From NCBI RefSeq assembly GCF_009914755.1, contig NC_060948.1: DNA of 64,000 nt. One strand, written 5' to 3'. The position numbers were made by a program, and so were the translations under genes. Under the pieces are notes generated by a model. It made no database searches and was not told the origin of the DNA. It worked only from the letters and a program-made list of their open reading frames with translations. Source of the stretch: the human T2T-CHM13v2.0 reference genome, Homo sapiens. Numbering within the stretch: position 1 is the stretch's first letter; every line of letters starts with the position of its first letter. This document shows, piece by piece, positions 61,434 through 64,000 of this stretch.

Positions 61434-63164
61434 TTTGTTTAAAAAATGTCATATGAAATGATACATATTTACAACTTAAGGCGTGATGTTCAACAGGTCA
61501 TATACATTATGCATTGGATACATCCAGCCAATCAACATATGTGTGACCTCACATAGTTGTCATTTTTGTTGTGAAAAAACTTGACCTGCACTGTATTCGA
61601 ATATTTTTAGAGAAAGAATATGTTACCACTAGTTATAGTGAGCATGCTGAAGAAAATATTTTTAACCTATTCCTCCTTTATAACTAGAAGTATGAGTTCT
61701 TCATCCAGCATCTCGTCAGTGCACCCTCTTCACCGCAGTCATTGGAGTCACTACTTCTGTGAAGTCCGCTTTTTTGATTTCATATAAGAATGAGATCATG
61801 TGCTACTTTCCTTTCTGATACCTGGCTTATGTCACTTAACAGAATGGCATGCACACATTCAGCAGATTCCCACACATTCTCACAACTGGCAGGATTTCCT
61901 GATTTCTTATTGCAGCGCATATTTCCGTTGCGCATATGCGTTTTTGCCCCATTTTTTAATCCACTTATCAATGGAGGGACTCTCAGGTTGCTTCCGCATT
62001 TTGGCTACAGCAAAAATGTAATGAGTGCAGCAATAATTGCATGGGTGCGCGCACCGCTTCAACATACTGATCTGTGTACTGGCGGGCGTGCCCGGGTATT
62101 CTGATTTGCTGGATCATATAGTGGGTGGTTCTACTTGTAGATTTCTGAAGGCTGTTTATACTTAAATAAGAGCCATAAAGCTTCTTTAATGCCAGCACTA
62201 ATTTACATTCTCCCCAAAAGTGAGCAGGGAATTCGTTTTCTCTGCCTCCTCACCAGAGATTAGGGTTTTCTTTTCTTTCTTTTTTTTTTTTTGTTTGTTT
62301 GTCTTTCGGATAATATGCATTCTGACTGAAGTGAGAAGAAATCTCATTGTGTTTTTGATTTGCATTTTCGTGATGGATTGGGGATAATGAGGAATTTTTA
62401 GTGTGTCTTCTGGGCAACTGTATGTCTCAGTTTCACAAGTGAGTCTTCGCAGCCTTCGCCCATTTGTTTTCATGCTATTGAGTTGTTGGGAGTTCCTTAT
62501 GTACTGTGACTATTCCCCCATGAACAGATGTATGGTGATCCAATCATTGCTCCCATCCTGTAGGATGCCCCTTCTGTATGTTGAGTTTTCTATGGTGTGG
62601 TGAAGCACTTTAGTTTGATATGATTCCATTCTCTATTTTTGATGGTGTTTACTGTGTTCTTGCAGTCACTTTGAGACCATCATTGCACACACGGACGCCA
62701 TGGAGCTTCTTCCTTGTGATCTCTTCTGCTATTTTTATCGTTTCACATCTGACACTGGAGTTTGGTGATAAATAATCCACTTGTAAAATCCTTTGTGTGG
62801 CTATTCAGATTTCCCCAACCTAGTTTATAGAAGATACTTGATTTTGCATTGGGCGTTCTTGCTTCTTTGGGAAAAGGCTGTGAGCTGCAAATGCAGTGAC
62901 TTAGTTCTGGGCTCCTGTTGTTTTTCCTAAGCTCTAGTCTCTGCTTTTCTGCCAGTGCTATTGTATTTTGGTACAAAAAGTTTTGTAGTAGTATATCATG
63001 AAGTTAGGTAGTGTGGTGGCTCCAGCTTTGTGCTTTTTACTGGATTGCTCTGGGTTTTCAGGATCTTCTGCCATTTCATAGCAAATTTGGGATTCCCAGA
63101 TTGTTTTTCTAAGAAGAATGTGTCATTGATATTTTTACAGGGGTTGTATAGAATCTGAGGATGA
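61434..63164 (-). mobile_element. Degenerate LINE-1 3' fragment, unit 4
   Basis: Copy of 500-2230 (offset +60934). Confidence 0.85.
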
Positions 63165-63223
63165 CTCAGGTAGTAGTGATGTCAATGCCGTTTAGACAAT
63201 GTGCGTGTTTGTGTGCACAAGCT

Positions 63224-64000
63224 CAGGGCCAAGAGACACTGGGTGTCCTCACCAATACTGAGGTGGGCCTTAATATCCAGCCAGATTGCCTTCTGGAAAC
63301 ACACGGAATGTCCTGTTCTGTTTTGCCATCTCTTCACATTTCCTCCCCTGTGAGCCCTGTGTGGTCCTCCAGATTCCCTGTGCGGTGGCCTGCCTTTTTT
63401 GGGGTGGGGAGTTGCTGGGTGAATGAGGATGGCGGAGGGAACCAAGTATGTCAGTGGAGCGTGGTGTCATCCAAACGGTACTTAGCAGGCCTGGGAGAGT
63501 CATTCTGGGAGGACGCAGACCTAGAGAGGCCTCAGGTGGGCATCTGTGTGGAGGGTGAGAGATCCCTGGTTGAGCCCAAACTGAACCCCAGGTAGAAGCA
63601 AGCCTCAGGACAGGGAAGTAGCTAGCAAGGGATGATGAGGGAGCTATCTCTTGACCCTGGCTTCCCACCCATTGACCTTAGCTACTTGTGCCTATTAAGC
63701 AGATTACGGTTCCCCCATCGTGAAATGTGGGTACCACAGTTCCCTGATGGGCATTTCTCCACCAGCCCATGATGGCCTGAGTTTCCTTACTGCAGTCTCC
63801 TCCCTGAGCCTTGGCTTCTCTATGTGTGTCCTAACTCCAGGACCCACAGGCCTGTCAACCCCCAGCCCTGGGCTGCTTCCCTGGCCTCTTCTCTGTTCCC
63901 TCTCTGAGGGCCTAACTCCCTTGGGTAGTGCTGCAGAATATAGAGCCACAGGCCCTGGCTGATGATCTGGTGGACTGGGCAAATTGGTCGTGACAGGTCA
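63224..64000 (-). pseudogene. TSPY-family relic B, unit 4 (cut by window end; exon 5 homolog and downstream)
   Basis: Copy of 2290-3066; exon 5 homolog begins at 63966. Confidence 0.85.

Larger units (their letters stand above)
1..64000 (+). repeat. TSPY/DYZ5 tandem array, ~20.3-kb unit, ~3.15 copies (20275, 20327, 20332 bp and a partial fourth)
   Basis: The opening sequence TCATCTGGAACTCCTGAG recurs at 20276, 40603 and 60935. The ORF track repeats with the same period, and units differ only by scattered SNVs and small indels. Confidence 0.98.

Noticed and set aside
1-64000. CRISPR array, operon or other prokaryotic system
   Set aside because: The sequence is primate genomic DNA (Alu, L1, spliceosomal introns) and has no short repeat-spacer structure.

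Overview
This is primate, almost certainly human, Y-chromosome ampliconic DNA: about 3.15 head-to-tail copies of the ~20.3-kb TSPY (DYZ5) repeat unit. Units in window phase are 1-20275, 20276-40602, 40603-60934 and 60935-64000 (partial). Each full unit carries an intact six-exon TSPY gene on the + strand: 308 aa in copy 1, and 314 aa in copies 2 and 3, which have an 18-bp in-frame duplication. Each unit also has the same fossil repeats (L1 fragments, Alus, a THE1-type solo LTR, microsatellites). The main unexpected structure is on the - strand, where every unit hides two degenerate, intron-containing TSPY-family paralogs. Relic A has exons 1-5 and sits head-to-head with TSPY across one CpG island, where the opposite-strand FAM197Y/CYorf16 transcript is expected; it keeps most splice sites and a latent spliced 114-codon ORF. 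Relic B has exons 2-5 and lies ~8.4 kb further on. Copy-to-copy differences include coding variants, a CCAAT-box SNV, block-wise haplotype switching and hypervariable (TA)n tracts. All alignments were done by eye; family names come from recalled knowledge, not database searches.
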